Below, one piece after another: positions 1 to 9,204 of a stretch of 64,000 nt of DNA. Made by a program: the position numbers and the translations under genes. Below the pieces are notes generated by a model, which saw only the letters and a program-made list of their open reading frames with translations, searched no databases and had not been told where the DNA came from. The first letter of the stretch is position 1. Every line of letters starts with the position of its first letter. Source of the DNA: an uncultured Candidatus Saccharibacteria bacterium (GTDB taxonomy: Bacteria; Patescibacteriota; Doudnabacteria; UBA920; O2-02-FULL-48-8); contig CAZSDS010000001.1 in NCBI GenBank assembly GCA_964605735.1, positions 6,771 to 70,770 on the forward strand, written 5' to 3'.

Positions 1-1
1 C

Positions 2-160
2 AAAATAGATATCGACGACAACGTCGAAATCAATAATTATATATACAGCAAATTTACACGCAGCGGAACGCGAAGCGACGGTGCCGCGCTCTACACCAGC
101 CCAGGTGGGGTAGTTTATGCGCTGGAGTCCACTCACTGGGATATTGTGGTCGGTTGCTAA
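2..160 (+). CDS. C-terminal fragment of hypothetical protein (runs off window start)
   Basis: Open frame KIDIDDN...WDIVVGC* ending TAA 158-160, 12 nt before next ATG. Confidence 0.6.
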   Translation, partial: KIDIDDNVEINNYIYSKFTRSGTRSDGAALYTSPGGVVYALESTHWDIVVGC

Positions 161-172
161 TCTCCAAAATAA

Positions 173-1195
173 ATGAAAAAAATACTGCTTATCTTAATAT
201 TATTGCTAATTGTTGCCGCTGGGGCATATTACTTTTGGTACATAAATCTCGAGGAAGAAAACCAGGAGCTGGAATCGCCGGAGTTGACCGCATCGGTGAT
301 AGTTTCGGACAGCGTGGTCAGCCCTGTCAATGCATATGACAACAGCGGGGTTTGGTTTGCGCTGAGCAATGGGCAAATGATGAAATATAACATTAGCTCA
401 AAACAGCTATCTGAATATCCTTTGCCGAATATGTCCGGCCAGTCAATCAATAAAATTTATTGGCCACGCTCAGGAAGCGATTTTATTTCGCGCGGCCTTA
501 GTAATGAGAACAACAGCAATAAGATTTTTTATAACTACTATAATTTTAACCAGAAGAAATATTACACCCTGCCTTCAAACGTAATATCTCTGGATTGGCT
601 GAGTGACGGCCTGAGAGTAGTTTTGATCTGGAAGGGCGGGGACGGAAAGATTTCGCTTGTTGTCTCCAATGCTGATGCAACTGGGTACAGAGTTGTAACT
701 GAGCTCCCTTGGGAAGATTTGGTGCCAAAAGCCTCGCCAAAGGGGAATAAAGCTTTATTGGTCCGACAATACCCAACTGACCAGATAAATAAAATTTATC
801 TGTTTGATCTGGACAGCGGGCAGTATCAGGAAATAGTTTCACAAGGTAAAAACAACGGCGTGATCTGGTCTCCTGACGGGGAAAAATTCGTTTATTCCCA
901 AATTGTCGGGAACAGCAATGCTTTGCTTATGTATAATCTTGCAACCGGCGAAAACCTGGATTTGAATATTAACTCCAGCATTGATAAGGCGGGTTTCACC
1001 CAGGACGGGAATTATCTTTATGCATCTGTTCAGGGTCAAAGTGGTGAAAGGATTATCAGGGTAGCTTTGGATACTTTGACGCAGGAAACTGTTTATACTT
1101 TTGGCAACATCGTTAACGCAATAAACTTGGTGCCTATAGGGAAGAAGGTTTATTTTGCCAGCGCTATGGATGGCAAGTTGTACTCAATAGAGTAA
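173..1195 (+). CDS. Membrane-anchored beta-propeller (TolB/WD40-like) protein
   Basis: N-terminal TM helix; repeated WSPDG/WLSDG/SPKG/FTQDG propeller blade motifs. Confidence 0.75.
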   Translation: MKKILLILILLLIVAAGAYYFWYINLEEENQELESPELTASVIVSDSVVSPVNAYDNSGVWFALSNGQMMKYNISSKQLSEYPLPNMSGQSINKIYWPRSGSDFISRGLSNENNSNKIFYNYYNFNQKKYYTLPSNVISLDWLSDGLRVVLIWKGGDGKISLVVSNADATGYRVVTELPWEDLVPKASPKGNKALLVRQYPTDQINKIYLFDLDSGQYQEIVSQGKNNGVIWSPDGEKFVYSQIVGNSNALLMYNLATGENLDLNINSSIDKAGFTQDGNYLYASVQGQSGERIIRVALDTLTQETVYTFGNIVNAINLVPIGKKVYFASAMDGKLYSIE

Positions 1196-1204
1196 TAATG
1201 CAAT

Positions 1205-1241
1205 AAAAAACGAGCCGTCGCGGTGTCGCGACGGCTCTTTC
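1205..1241. terminator. Bidirectional intrinsic terminator
   Basis: GAGCCGTCGCG/CGCGACGGCTC hairpin flanked by A- and T-runs between convergent genes. Confidence 0.7.
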
Positions 1242-1273
1242 AATTGAACGGGTTGACCAGTCCAGCTGACCTG

Positions 1274-1855
1274 TTACCTCGTGTAAATCTGGTGAGTGGA
1301 ACGCGTGTTCAGCGCGTCAGTCGAGGATTTCCCTCGGTGAGGATTTGGTCCAGGGTTGGCTGGAATGCCGAGCAGGTCCTTGAAAGCTACCTGCTTCGTC
1401 GTCTGCTTCACGGCCTGGGTGATGACGTTGTTCGTCTGCTTCCTGCGCCGCCGGTGGCGTGAGGGAGCTTTCACAGCAGGCTTTGCTTCGCGAGGCTTGG
1501 GCAGAGCCTTTTTCGCGAGAGCATTCTCAGTGGCGCGTACCTCTGACGGCTTTGGCCGTGACTTTGCGGTCTTCGGCTTGTACAGCAGTGAGAGGGTTTC
1601 AGCAAGTTCCTCTTGCATCCGACGGAGCTGCAGGACTGAGGATTTCTCCTCGGGGCTGACCGCAGATTCCTCAGGGAGCTCGAAGACGTCGACGAAGAAT
1701 CGTCTGGCGTGGCCTCGAACAGCGACCATGAACTTGCTGGGGCCGGTTCCGATGATAGTTACCTTCTGGTTCGCGCTGAGAGGGAAGTCGATTCCCTTGA
1801 AACGCGCCGCGGCATTTTCACTGACAGTAGCTTCGATTGAGTGGGGAAGTATCAC
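1274..1855 (-). CDS. Orphan hypothetical protein with basic C-terminal tail
   Basis: 193-aa ORF, GGAGG SD before GTG, upstream TTGACA-N17-TACAAT promoter. Confidence 0.6.
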   Translation of the reverse strand: MILPHSIEATVSENAAARFKGIDFPLSANQKVTIIGTGPSKFMVAVRGHARRFFVDVFELPEESAVSPEEKSSVLQLRRMQEELAETLSLLYKPKTAKSRPKPSEVRATENALAKKALPKPREAKPAVKAPSRHRRRRKQTNNVITQAVKQTTKQVAFKDLLGIPANPGPNPHRGKSSTDALNTRSTHQIYTR

Positions 1856-2014
1856 ATGCGCCTCCGAACGAAATCTGACTTGATCCGACTTGCGTTGTGA
1901 GTGAAAACTTGTTTGAACGGTCTTGAAACAGTGTTAGCTGGTCAATTGCCTCCTATTGGTTTGTGGGTGCCAACGATTTGTCTATTGTAAAAAAATTTTT
2001 TTGATTTGTCAACT

Positions 2015-4057
2015 CTATTCAAGATGTATTTCAGGTTTCTCAGAGACTTTACTTCCCAGGAATGGGTACTGGGACAGGTCTGAATCTTCATCTAAAATGC
2101 CTAGTGCGTATTTTCGGGAACGTTCGACCAGCGGAAGGTTGGACAGTGTTGCGACTTTAAACCCGTATCCGCTTTGCTCCGTGCCGTATAAATCGCCGCT
2201 CCCGCGGATCTGCAAATCCTTCTGGGCAAGTTCAAACCCGTTTGTGCTTTCAACCATGGCCTGCAAGCGCGGGTTCTGCGCAGCATTTTGATCGTCGGAA
2301 AACAAAAAACAATACGATTGGTGGGAACTCCTGCCCACGCGGCCGCGGAACTGGTGCAATTGGGCAAGGCCAAAACGTTCCGCTCCTTCAATCATCATGA
2401 CAGTTGCATTTGGCACGTCCACGCCTACCTCAACCACTGAGGTGGAAACCAAAATATCCAGTTCGTTGTCTTTAAACTGCCTCATTACGGATTCCTTGTC
2501 TGCGGGTTTCATTTTGCCATGCAACAACCCGATTCTTAAGTTTGGAAAAATTTTGTTCTGGAGCTTTTCATATTCGGCTTGGGCAGATTTAACGCCCAGT
2601 TTGTCTGATTCCTCAATCAAAGGGCAAATTACAAATGCCTGCCGGCCTTGCTTGATCTGTTCAGCGATGAATTGATATGTCTGCGGTCGTTTGTCTTCGG
2701 CCACAAGCTCAGTAATGATCTTGACTCTCCCTTTAGGTAATTCTGAAAGGATGGAAATATCAAGATCGCCGTAAAGCGTTAAAGCCAAAGTGCGGGGGAT
2801 AGGAGTGGCGCTCATAGTCAGCAAGTGGGCGTTGCTATGCTGTTTGAGTGCGGCGCGCTGCTGTACGCCGAATCTGTGCTGTTCGTCAATGACAACAAAA
2901 GCCAGTTTGTCGAATTTGACTTTTTTGTCCAAGAGCGAGTGCGTGCCTATTATTATTTTTGACCGGCCGTTTTTTATGTGCGCCAACAGAGTTTCTCTTG
3001 AGACCGGATTGCCGTTCAAACGAGTGTTGGACGAAGTCAGTAATCCCAGGTCAATTCTGTCGTTTATGAACAGTTTTAAGAGGCTTAAATAATGCTGTTG
3101 GGACAGAACCTCGGTAGGCGCCAATAACACGGCTTGCAAGCCATTTTGCGCGCATAACCACATGCATAAGGCGGCAATGATGGTTTTCCCAGAGCCCACG
3201 TCACCCTCCAGAAGTCTGTTGGCAGGAAACGGCCTGCTTAAATCATCTGTAATTTCTTCCAGCGCCTGTTTTTGTGAAGCCGTCAACTCAAAAGGCAGTG
3301 AATCGATTTTTTCCTGAAGGGATTTTGTCGGGCTTTTAACGGCAAAAGATTTTCGCTCTTGCCTTAGTTTTTTGTATTTCAAAACTCTGATCTGTGTAAG
3401 GAAAATTTCGTCAAAAGCCAGGCGCTTCTGTGCGAGTTTTAGTTGCGCGTAATTATCAGGAAAATGAAAAGTTTTCAGCGCCTTGTCCTCATCCAGCAAT
3501 TTTTCTTTTGCTAAAATCTCCGCCGGCAAAAATTCCGGGACAAAGGATTTGTCCAGGTAAGTCTTGATAATGTTGCGCAGCATTTTTTGCGTGAGGCTGG
3601 CGGTCAGCGGGTAAACCGGAACAAGACGGGAAGTGTGGACCTGCTCAGCTTTCTCCTGCTCATAAACTGGGTTTTGCAGTTGCATCTTGTTTTTGGACGA
3701 AACAACTTTGCCTGAGAAAATAAATTGCTCGTTGACCTTTAAAGCTTTTTGCAAATATGGCTGATTAAACCACACACAGGTGATGGTGCCGCTGTCATCT
3801 CTGACTACAGCCTGGGTCAGCGTAAACCGGCGCACCCTGGTGCGAAAACTTTTGACGCTGATAATCTGCGCCTTGATGTTGGCAAATTCGTTAATTTTTA
3901 AATCAGCTATCGGCGTGAACTGTGACAGGTCATGGTGAGCACGGGGCAAATAAAAAAGCAGGTCTTCCAGGGTGTGGATGCCTAAATGTTTCAGAAGTTT
4001 GGCCCGCGCTGGCCCGACCAGGTAAAGTTTTTCAACCGGAGTTTTCAGTTCAAACAT
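2015..4057 (-). CDS. recG: ATP-dependent DNA helicase RecG
   Basis: OB wedge domain, GDVGSGKT Walker A, DEQH, MSATPIPRTL, QLHQFRGRVGR. Confidence 0.97.
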   Translation of the reverse strand: MFELKTPVEKLYLVGPARAKLLKHLGIHTLEDLLFYLPRAHHDLSQFTPIADLKINEFANIKAQIISVKSFRTRVRRFTLTQAVVRDDSGTITCVWFNQPYLQKALKVNEQFIFSGKVVSSKNKMQLQNPVYEQEKAEQVHTSRLVPVYPLTASLTQKMLRNIIKTYLDKSFVPEFLPAEILAKEKLLDEDKALKTFHFPDNYAQLKLAQKRLAFDEIFLTQIRVLKYKKLRQERKSFAVKSPTKSLQEKIDSLPFELTASQKQALEEITDDLSRPFPANRLLEGDVGSGKTIIAALCMWLCAQNGLQAVLLAPTEVLSQQHYLSLLKLFINDRIDLGLLTSSNTRLNGNPVSRETLLAHIKNGRSKIIIGTHSLLDKKVKFDKLAFVVIDEQHRFGVQQRAALKQHSNAHLLTMSATPIPRTLALTLYGDLDISILSELPKGRVKIITELVAEDKRPQTYQFIAEQIKQGRQAFVICPLIEESDKLGVKSAQAEYEKLQNKIFPNLRIGLLHGKMKPADKESVMRQFKDNELDILVSTSVVEVGVDVPNATVMMIEGAERFGLAQLHQFRGRVGRSSHQSYCFLFSDDQNAAQNPRLQAMVESTNGFELAQKDLQIRGSGDLYGTEQSGYGFKVATLSNLPLVERSRKYALGILDEDSDLSQYPFLGSKVSEKPEIHLE

Positions 4058-4148
4058 GCTTTGATTTTACCATTTCAGGCACGCCTTGAAAAATATGGCA
4101 CTTTGATCGGACTAAAAAGTAAAAATCCCACCTAAGTGGGATTCTTAC

Positions 4149-4224
4149 TGGTGCACTCGGGAGGGATCGAACCTCCGACCTTTGGTTCCGCAAACCAACG
4201 CTCTATCCACTGAGCTACGAGTGC
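4149..4224 (-). tRNA. tRNA-Arg(GCG)
   Basis: Cloverleaf GCACTCG...CGAGTGC-ACCA, anticodon arm TTGGT-TTGCGGA-ACCAA. Confidence 0.92.
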
Positions 4225-4249
4225 GTGCCGTGACCGTAAAAAACCGTAA

Positions 4250-4732
4250 TTAAAATTTCATTTTTCTGGCTATCCTGTCTGAAAAAGTTTCTTCGTGCTC
4301 AAGATCCTCTTCCAGATACTGGCTGAGAAAGTTTTTGATCTCAACCGGATCCTGGTTCGCCAGTTCTATCCTGATGATGCGGTCCAGATATGCCGTAGTT
4401 TCCAGATAAAGAGTTTTTACTTCGGGATTATAGATGATCCAGAATTTTTTGATTGTCTTGTGGCTGTAAAACAGGGAGTTTATGCGAACACCTGTGGCAT
4501 TCAGCGCAATGTTGACGGTTTTTGGCTTTTGCGACGAATAAACTATTCCGATGATGCCGCAGAGCAGAAACAGGATTGCTGTGGTCCAGCTGTCCGTGTA
4601 GATGCCAAACAAAACGAGCAGTGCGACAACCAGTCCGAACAAAACAAACCAAAACGGGTTCTTTTTGTACTCAGGATATTCCAGCGCCTGCCAGGATATC
4701 TCTTTCTTCGGACTTGTTTTTTGGTTGTTCAT
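4250..4732 (-). CDS. Conserved CPR-type 2-TM protein with PH-like C-terminal domain
   Basis: W.A.EY motif, two TM helices, FWIIY segment. Confidence 0.7.
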   Translation of the reverse strand: MNNQKTSPKKEISWQALEYPEYKKNPFWFVLFGLVVALLVLFGIYTDSWTTAILFLLCGIIGIVYSSQKPKTVNIALNATGVRINSLFYSHKTIKKFWIIYNPEVKTLYLETTAYLDRIIRIELANQDPVEIKNFLSQYLEEDLEHEETFSDRIARKMKF

Positions 4733-4780
4733 TTTTAACTCTTTTTGACTTTTTGGGGAATGATTCTCTGGGTGATTCCC

Positions 4781-4870
4781 TGGCGGTGGGGGCGAGATTC
4801 GAACTCGCGGTCCGCGTTAACGGACTCCGGTTTTCAAGACCGGTGCACTAAACCACTATGCGACCCCACC
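4781..4870 (-). tRNA. tRNA-Ser(TGA)
   Basis: Cloverleaf with long variable arm, anticodon arm CCGGT-CTTGAAA-ACCGG, encoded CCA. Confidence 0.95.
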
Positions 4871-4986
4871 CGCGCCACACCAGAAAATAAATAAAGCTCT
4901 AGTTTAAGAGCGTCATTATTCTACCATTTTTGCCTAATTAAGTAAAGATTAAGTAAGGTTTGTAAAAAAAAGACCGAAGCGTCAGG

Positions 4987-5511
4987 TTAACGTTTCGGTA
5001 ATTGCTGGTAAAACACTGTGGTTGCTCTTGCCAGCTGAACATGGCTTTGCGACTGCCTGGCCAGTTCAGATGCGCAGTGGATGGCTTGGGGGAAGTGGCG
5101 GAAAGGCCTAAACCCGTTTTCCGTAAGCAGGTTGCCGGGAATAGTCGAAGCTTTTTTTATTTTGCGGCCGTATGCGTCGACAGCTTCCAAGCCAGCCACT
5201 TTTGACCGGCCGATCACAATGAAGTTTCTGCTGGTTTTGAATTCCTCCAAGTCCGCAGCAGTGGTTGCGATTTCCAGGAGCAGCCAGATTATGGACACTG
5301 ACCGCAGGTACTGGATGCTCCCCAGAAGTTGGTGCGCTGCGGACTCAGCCTCATCCATAGTCGCAAACGGCTGCAAGCCATTGCTCCACATGGATTCATA
5401 GTTCTGTTCAGGCCAGTGGATCGATTTGCCAAATGCAGCGTAGTTCCGCCACTTTCTTCTTCTTTTTCCGACTATTTCCGCCAGGCACATAATACCTCGC
5501 AGAGTATGCAT
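4987..5511 (-). CDS. Orphan hypothetical protein
   Basis: 174-aa ORF preceded by AAGGAGG SD; weak internal repeat (NGLQPF / NGFRPF). Confidence 0.6.
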   Translation of the reverse strand: MHTLRGIMCLAEIVGKRRRKWRNYAAFGKSIHWPEQNYESMWSNGLQPFATMDEAESAAHQLLGSIQYLRSVSIIWLLLEIATTAADLEEFKTSRNFIVIGRSKVAGLEAVDAYGRKIKKASTIPGNLLTENGFRPFRHFPQAIHCASELARQSQSHVQLARATTVFYQQLPKR

Positions 5512-5742
5512 AAAGCCTCCTTAACATGGGACCTGGTATTTGCACAGGCTTGGTTTTGTGCGAATTTTAGCAGAATTCAAGGAAAAGAAAAAGCCCTGCA
5601 ATGCAGGACCTTCTCTTCATATGATTTTTCAGCCACCCGCGAACAACGGGAGTGATTTGTGTTTCGGCTGATGTTATCCTGTTTTTTTAAGACAGGACTC
5701 AATTATGGCTTTTAACCCATAATCTATAAGTTTCAAATAAGC

Positions 5743-6867
5743 TTACTGCTGGTCTGTGTTGTTGGTGTTATCTGCCGGTTCGTTGCTTTGCGGTTCTTGA
5801 GGCGCTGGAGGAGGAGTTTGCGGCTGAGTGGTGGTTTCAGACTTTACTTCTGGTTTGGAAACTGCTTCCAACTTCAGGGCGTAAGTCTTTTTATCCCTTA
5901 TCTCAGCGGAAATCCTGACGGTTATGTCTACCTTCAAGTCCACAGGTTTAATATTAACATATTCCGTGTCTCTTGTCAGCAAGAATTGGGCGGTACCGAT
6001 GTTAATCGAAGTGGAGGTTACGGCAGTGACTTTACCCTCTGCGGAAACTGAATTTTCTTTCTTGATCTCGGTCATGACAAACGGCTTATTTTCCACTACC
6101 AGTCCGGCTCGTTCAATGTTTTCGATGGCCTGTTCAGTTGTGGTCTTGGAAAGTTCCAGAGCCTTCTGCAGTTCCAATTTGATTTCTCCTTCTGACTGGA
6201 CTTGGGCCGCCTGGATAACTGCGGTTTGCTTGCTGCTCAGGCTGACAATCTTGTTAAGCATTTCAGGCTTGGGTTCAGTCATGTTTTTCTCCGCAACAGC
6301 TTGGGAGGTTTCTCGAATGTCTTTAACGGTTTCATTAACCACTTTTTGGACCTGCTCTTCGGAAATCTTGCCTTCTTTTTGCTTTTGCAGGATGGTTTCG
6401 AGTTCCTCCACGCGGTTGTTAGCGAATTTGATTTGGAGGTTGGTGCGCTGTTCTTCACTGCCGGCAAGCTTCAATTGCATATTCTCCACGATTATTTTAA
6501 CCGGATAAATGGTTTCTCCCGGCACGCTGCCCAGCGCCGCGACAGCAGTTCCAAGAGTCATGCTGATGATAATCAGCAGTCCGCCAATCACGCCGCCGGT
6601 AATTCTGATGAAGCGGGGAATGTGCTGCAGAAACGCAAAGCTAAAAGTTTTTTCATGTTCTGCAGGAATTGAGATTCTGCCAAGAATTTTTTTCCGGATT
6701 TTCATCAAGTCAGGTTTTGGGATTTCTGCTTTTGGGATGTGGGCGATTATGGAAACCAAATTCAAAGAGCCGTTGTCTGACGGATCTTTCTGGAAACTTG
6801 AAACATCGCCCTGGTTTTGCACCCGGCGGATGAGTTCGTCTAATTTTTCCGGTGAATTGGTTAGCAT
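5743..6867 (-). CDS. Putative anti-sigma factor (TM + DUF5667-like helical domain + DUF5666-like OB domain)
   Basis: Directly after ECF sigma; SVPGETIYPVK..E motif typical of DUF5667; C-terminal EGKVTAV...LKVDITVRISAE. Confidence 0.75.
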   Translation of the reverse strand: MLTNSPEKLDELIRRVQNQGDVSSFQKDPSDNGSLNLVSIIAHIPKAEIPKPDLMKIRKKILGRISIPAEHEKTFSFAFLQHIPRFIRITGGVIGGLLIIISMTLGTAVAALGSVPGETIYPVKIIVENMQLKLAGSEEQRTNLQIKFANNRVEELETILQKQKEGKISEEQVQKVVNETVKDIRETSQAVAEKNMTEPKPEMLNKIVSLSSKQTAVIQAAQVQSEGEIKLELQKALELSKTTTEQAIENIERAGLVVENKPFVMTEIKKENSVSAEGKVTAVTSTSINIGTAQFLLTRDTEYVNIKPVDLKVDITVRISAEIRDKKTYALKLEAVSKPEVKSETTTQPQTPPPAPQEPQSNEPADNTNNTDQQ

Positions 6868-6876
6868 ATAGGTTGG

Positions 6877-7425
6877 TTAAACCTTGCGCTTTTTCTTGTT
6901 CAATAGTTCCTTGAGTTTGTTTACGGCGCGGTGCTGGATGACTCTGATGGCGCCTTCGGACTTGCTCATTATCTGAGCTATTTCAATATTTTCAAGTTCC
7001 TCAAAAAATTTATAGCGGATTACCTGCTGTTGTTCGGAAGGCAGTTCTTCAATCAGCTCCACTATGATTTTTTGTTCGATCATCAGGTTGGCTTCGTCAA
7101 TGGGGGATGAGGCGTCTTCCAGAACATCCACCACCTCTTCCAGGTCAACAGTAACTTTCTTTACCCGGTAATAGTCAATGACGTTGTTCTTTGCAATCTG
7201 GTAAAGCCAGCTGGTAAAGGCCTTTGCCGAGGAGACCTGTCCGATTTTGGTCCAGGCTTTCACAAAAGTGTCAGCCAGAATATCCTCTGCAAGTTCCCTG
7301 TGACCGACTCGGAAATATATGAATTTATAAAGCCTTTCAGCAAAGTGGTCGTAAATGAGGCCGAATGCTTCCCGGTCCATTTTTTGAGCCCTCTGAAAAG
7401 CCTCGTTTAGTTGTTGTTCGGTCAT
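6877..7425 (-). CDS. ECF-family RNA polymerase sigma factor
   Basis: Region 2 (AEDILADTFVKAW, SWLYQIAKN) and region 4 HTH (EIAQIMSKSEGAIRVIQHRA); ATG 7425 preferred. Confidence 0.93.
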   Translation of the reverse strand: MTEQQLNEAFQRAQKMDREAFGLIYDHFAERLYKFIYFRVGHRELAEDILADTFVKAWTKIGQVSSAKAFTSWLYQIAKNNVIDYYRVKKVTVDLEEVVDVLEDASSPIDEANLMIEQKIIVELIEELPSEQQQVIRYKFFEELENIEIAQIMSKSEGAIRVIQHRAVNKLKELLNKKKRKV

Positions 7426-7431
7426 AATTTC

Positions 7432-7458
7432 AGACGAAATGCCCAATATTTTGTTACA
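7432..7458 (-). promoter_or_regulatory. ECF-type autoregulatory promoter TGTAAC-N16-CGTCT
   Basis: Matches AAC/CGT ECF consensus; 6 nt upstream of sigma ATG. Confidence 0.75.
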
Positions 7459-7533
7459 AAAGTCAACTTTATAAAGGGTTTATATATTATATCAATTTGG
7501 CCATATTTTGGGGATTTAGAAAAAGAACGCCTG

Positions 7534-7734
7534 CTAGGAGAAGGCGTTCGGGTCGAAACCGGGTGGCGGGGTAAAGCTGGATTGGCTGAGCACGTACAGT
7601 GCAATGCTTCCCAGGATGAATGCTGCTGCCAGATAGGCGGCTGCTGCGCCATCTTCATTGTGTTCGATTCTTGCTGTGCACCTTTCAAAACAGAGAATTG
7701 CTGAGCATAAAAGAATCCCGCCAAGAACCGCCAT
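7534..7734 (-). CDS. Small orphan membrane protein (2 hydrophobic segments)
   Basis: 66-aa ORF, GGAGG upstream. Confidence 0.45.
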   Translation of the reverse strand: MAVLGGILLCSAILCFERCTARIEHNEDGAAAAYLAAAFILGSIALYVLSQSSFTPPPGFDPNAFS

Positions 7735-7813
7735 GGGTTGATGTTTCCTCCGGTAAGTTGTTCTGTCAGGGGGTTATCCGCGATTTTTTCGTGAATAACT
7801 CTCTGGAGGAAAA

Positions 7814-8188
7814 TTATTTCCTCAGAATTTTTTCCATGGTTTTGCCTTTGGCCAGCTCATCAATCAGCTTGTCCATGTAGCGGATCTCTTTCATGGTTGG
7901 ATCCTTTATTTCTTCAACCCTTACTCCGCAGATCACTCCTGTGATCAAAGAGCGCGCGGGATTGAGCTTGGGTGCTTTCATCAGAAAAGTTTCAAGGTCA
8001 GTCTGCTTTTTCAGTTCTGAATCCAATCGCTTTTTGTTGTATCCGGTCAGCCAGTGAATGATTTCATCAACTTCTTTTTGAGTGCGGCCTTTTCTCTTTG
8101 CTTTGGCGATATAGAGCGGGTAAATACTTGCAAAGCTCATTGAATAGATTCTATGTTTTTTTGCGGGTGTTGTCTCTTGTTTCTTCAT
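7814..8188 (-). CDS. DUF2200 family protein
   Basis: [42 protein letters not shown] signature. Confidence 0.9.
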   Translation of the reverse strand: MKKQETTPAKKHRIYSMSFASIYPLYIAKAKRKGRTQKEVDEIIHWLTGYNKKRLDSELKKQTDLETFLMKAPKLNPARSLITGVICGVRVEEIKDPTMKEIRYMDKLIDELAKGKTMEKILRK

Positions 8189-8242
8189 AAAAAATTGATT
8201 GTTGCCAGAAATATGGGCACGAATAAATCATGAGCATATTTC

Positions 8243-8335
8243 TGGCGGAGAGGATGGGATTCGAACCCATGAGGCAGGCTATTAACCCGCCGCAGTTTAG
8301 CAAACTGCTGCCTTAAGCCACTCGGCCACCTCTCC
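8243..8335 (-). tRNA. tRNA-Ser(GCT)
   Basis: Cloverleaf with long variable arm, anticodon arm GCAGT-TTGCTAA-ACTGC, encoded CCA. Confidence 0.95.
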
Positions 8336-8399
8336 AATATCGCGCTGCTGCGTGCCATGTTGCAGGTGTTATTCTAGCTGGAATGCGCAGGATAGTCAA

Positions 8400-9104
8400 T
8401 TATCCCTGGGCAAAAACAAGCCCCCAAACCTCTTCTGCGCCAGCCTGCTTTAAAGCCCTGCAGGCTTCGGCAAGAGTTGATCGGGTTGTTGAAACGTCGT
8501 CAACAACAATAATTCTTTTGCCTTTCAGGTTTTGGGTGGCATAAAAAGCGTTTTTTACATTCAATACACGTTCCGCGTCCTGGAGTTCTGCCTGTGTTTT
8601 TGTTTTCTTTTTCCTGACAAGCAGGTCAGGCCGCATGGTGATTTCCAGTTTTTTGGCAATGGTCCCGGCAATCAATTCCGCCTGATTAAAGCCGCGCCAG
8701 CGCTTTTTGCTTGAGTGAAGGGGGAGAGGGACCAGTAAAAATTTTTTAAGATATGCAAGCATCTCGAGATTAAGGATTTCTTCGCTCATCATTTCCCCAA
8801 GATTTGATGATATGCCTGAAATAAAACGGTACTTGCAAAATTCAACAAGCTTGCGCGCCAAGGGTTCCTTATAAGGCACGGCGCTGATCAAGCCGTCTAA
8901 CGTTTCAGGGGTTTTGCACGAAGCGTGGGTAAAGCCAAAGGGTGAAGGGCTGCCGCACGCCGGACAGAGCTGGAACTGGTTGCGCTTCAGGTTTTTTCCG
9001 CAGTGCGCGCACAAGTAACACCCTTCCGCGCCGCAGCTTATGCATTTTACCGGAAAGACCAGGTCCAGCAGTGCTTCTTTGATTGTGATGAAAGTTGTAA
9101 TCAT
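8400..9104 (-). CDS. comF: ComF family competence protein (Zn ribbon + PRTase)
   Basis: CxxC pairs, RGFNQA, VVDDVSTT. Confidence 0.92.
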   Translation of the reverse strand: MITTFITIKEALLDLVFPVKCISCGAEGCYLCAHCGKNLKRNQFQLCPACGSPSPFGFTHASCKTPETLDGLISAVPYKEPLARKLVEFCKYRFISGISSNLGEMMSEEILNLEMLAYLKKFLLVPLPLHSSKKRWRGFNQAELIAGTIAKKLEITMRPDLLVRKKKTKTQAELQDAERVLNVKNAFYATQNLKGKRIIVVDDVSTTRSTLAEACRALKQAGAEEVWGLVFAQG

Positions 9105-9204
9105 TTAAGGGAGCAAAATACCACAGAAAATATTTTATTGCCAGAGCCTGGTTGTGGACGAAAAAAACACCGGTTGTTGCCGGTGTTTTCGTTTTAAACC
9201 GTCT

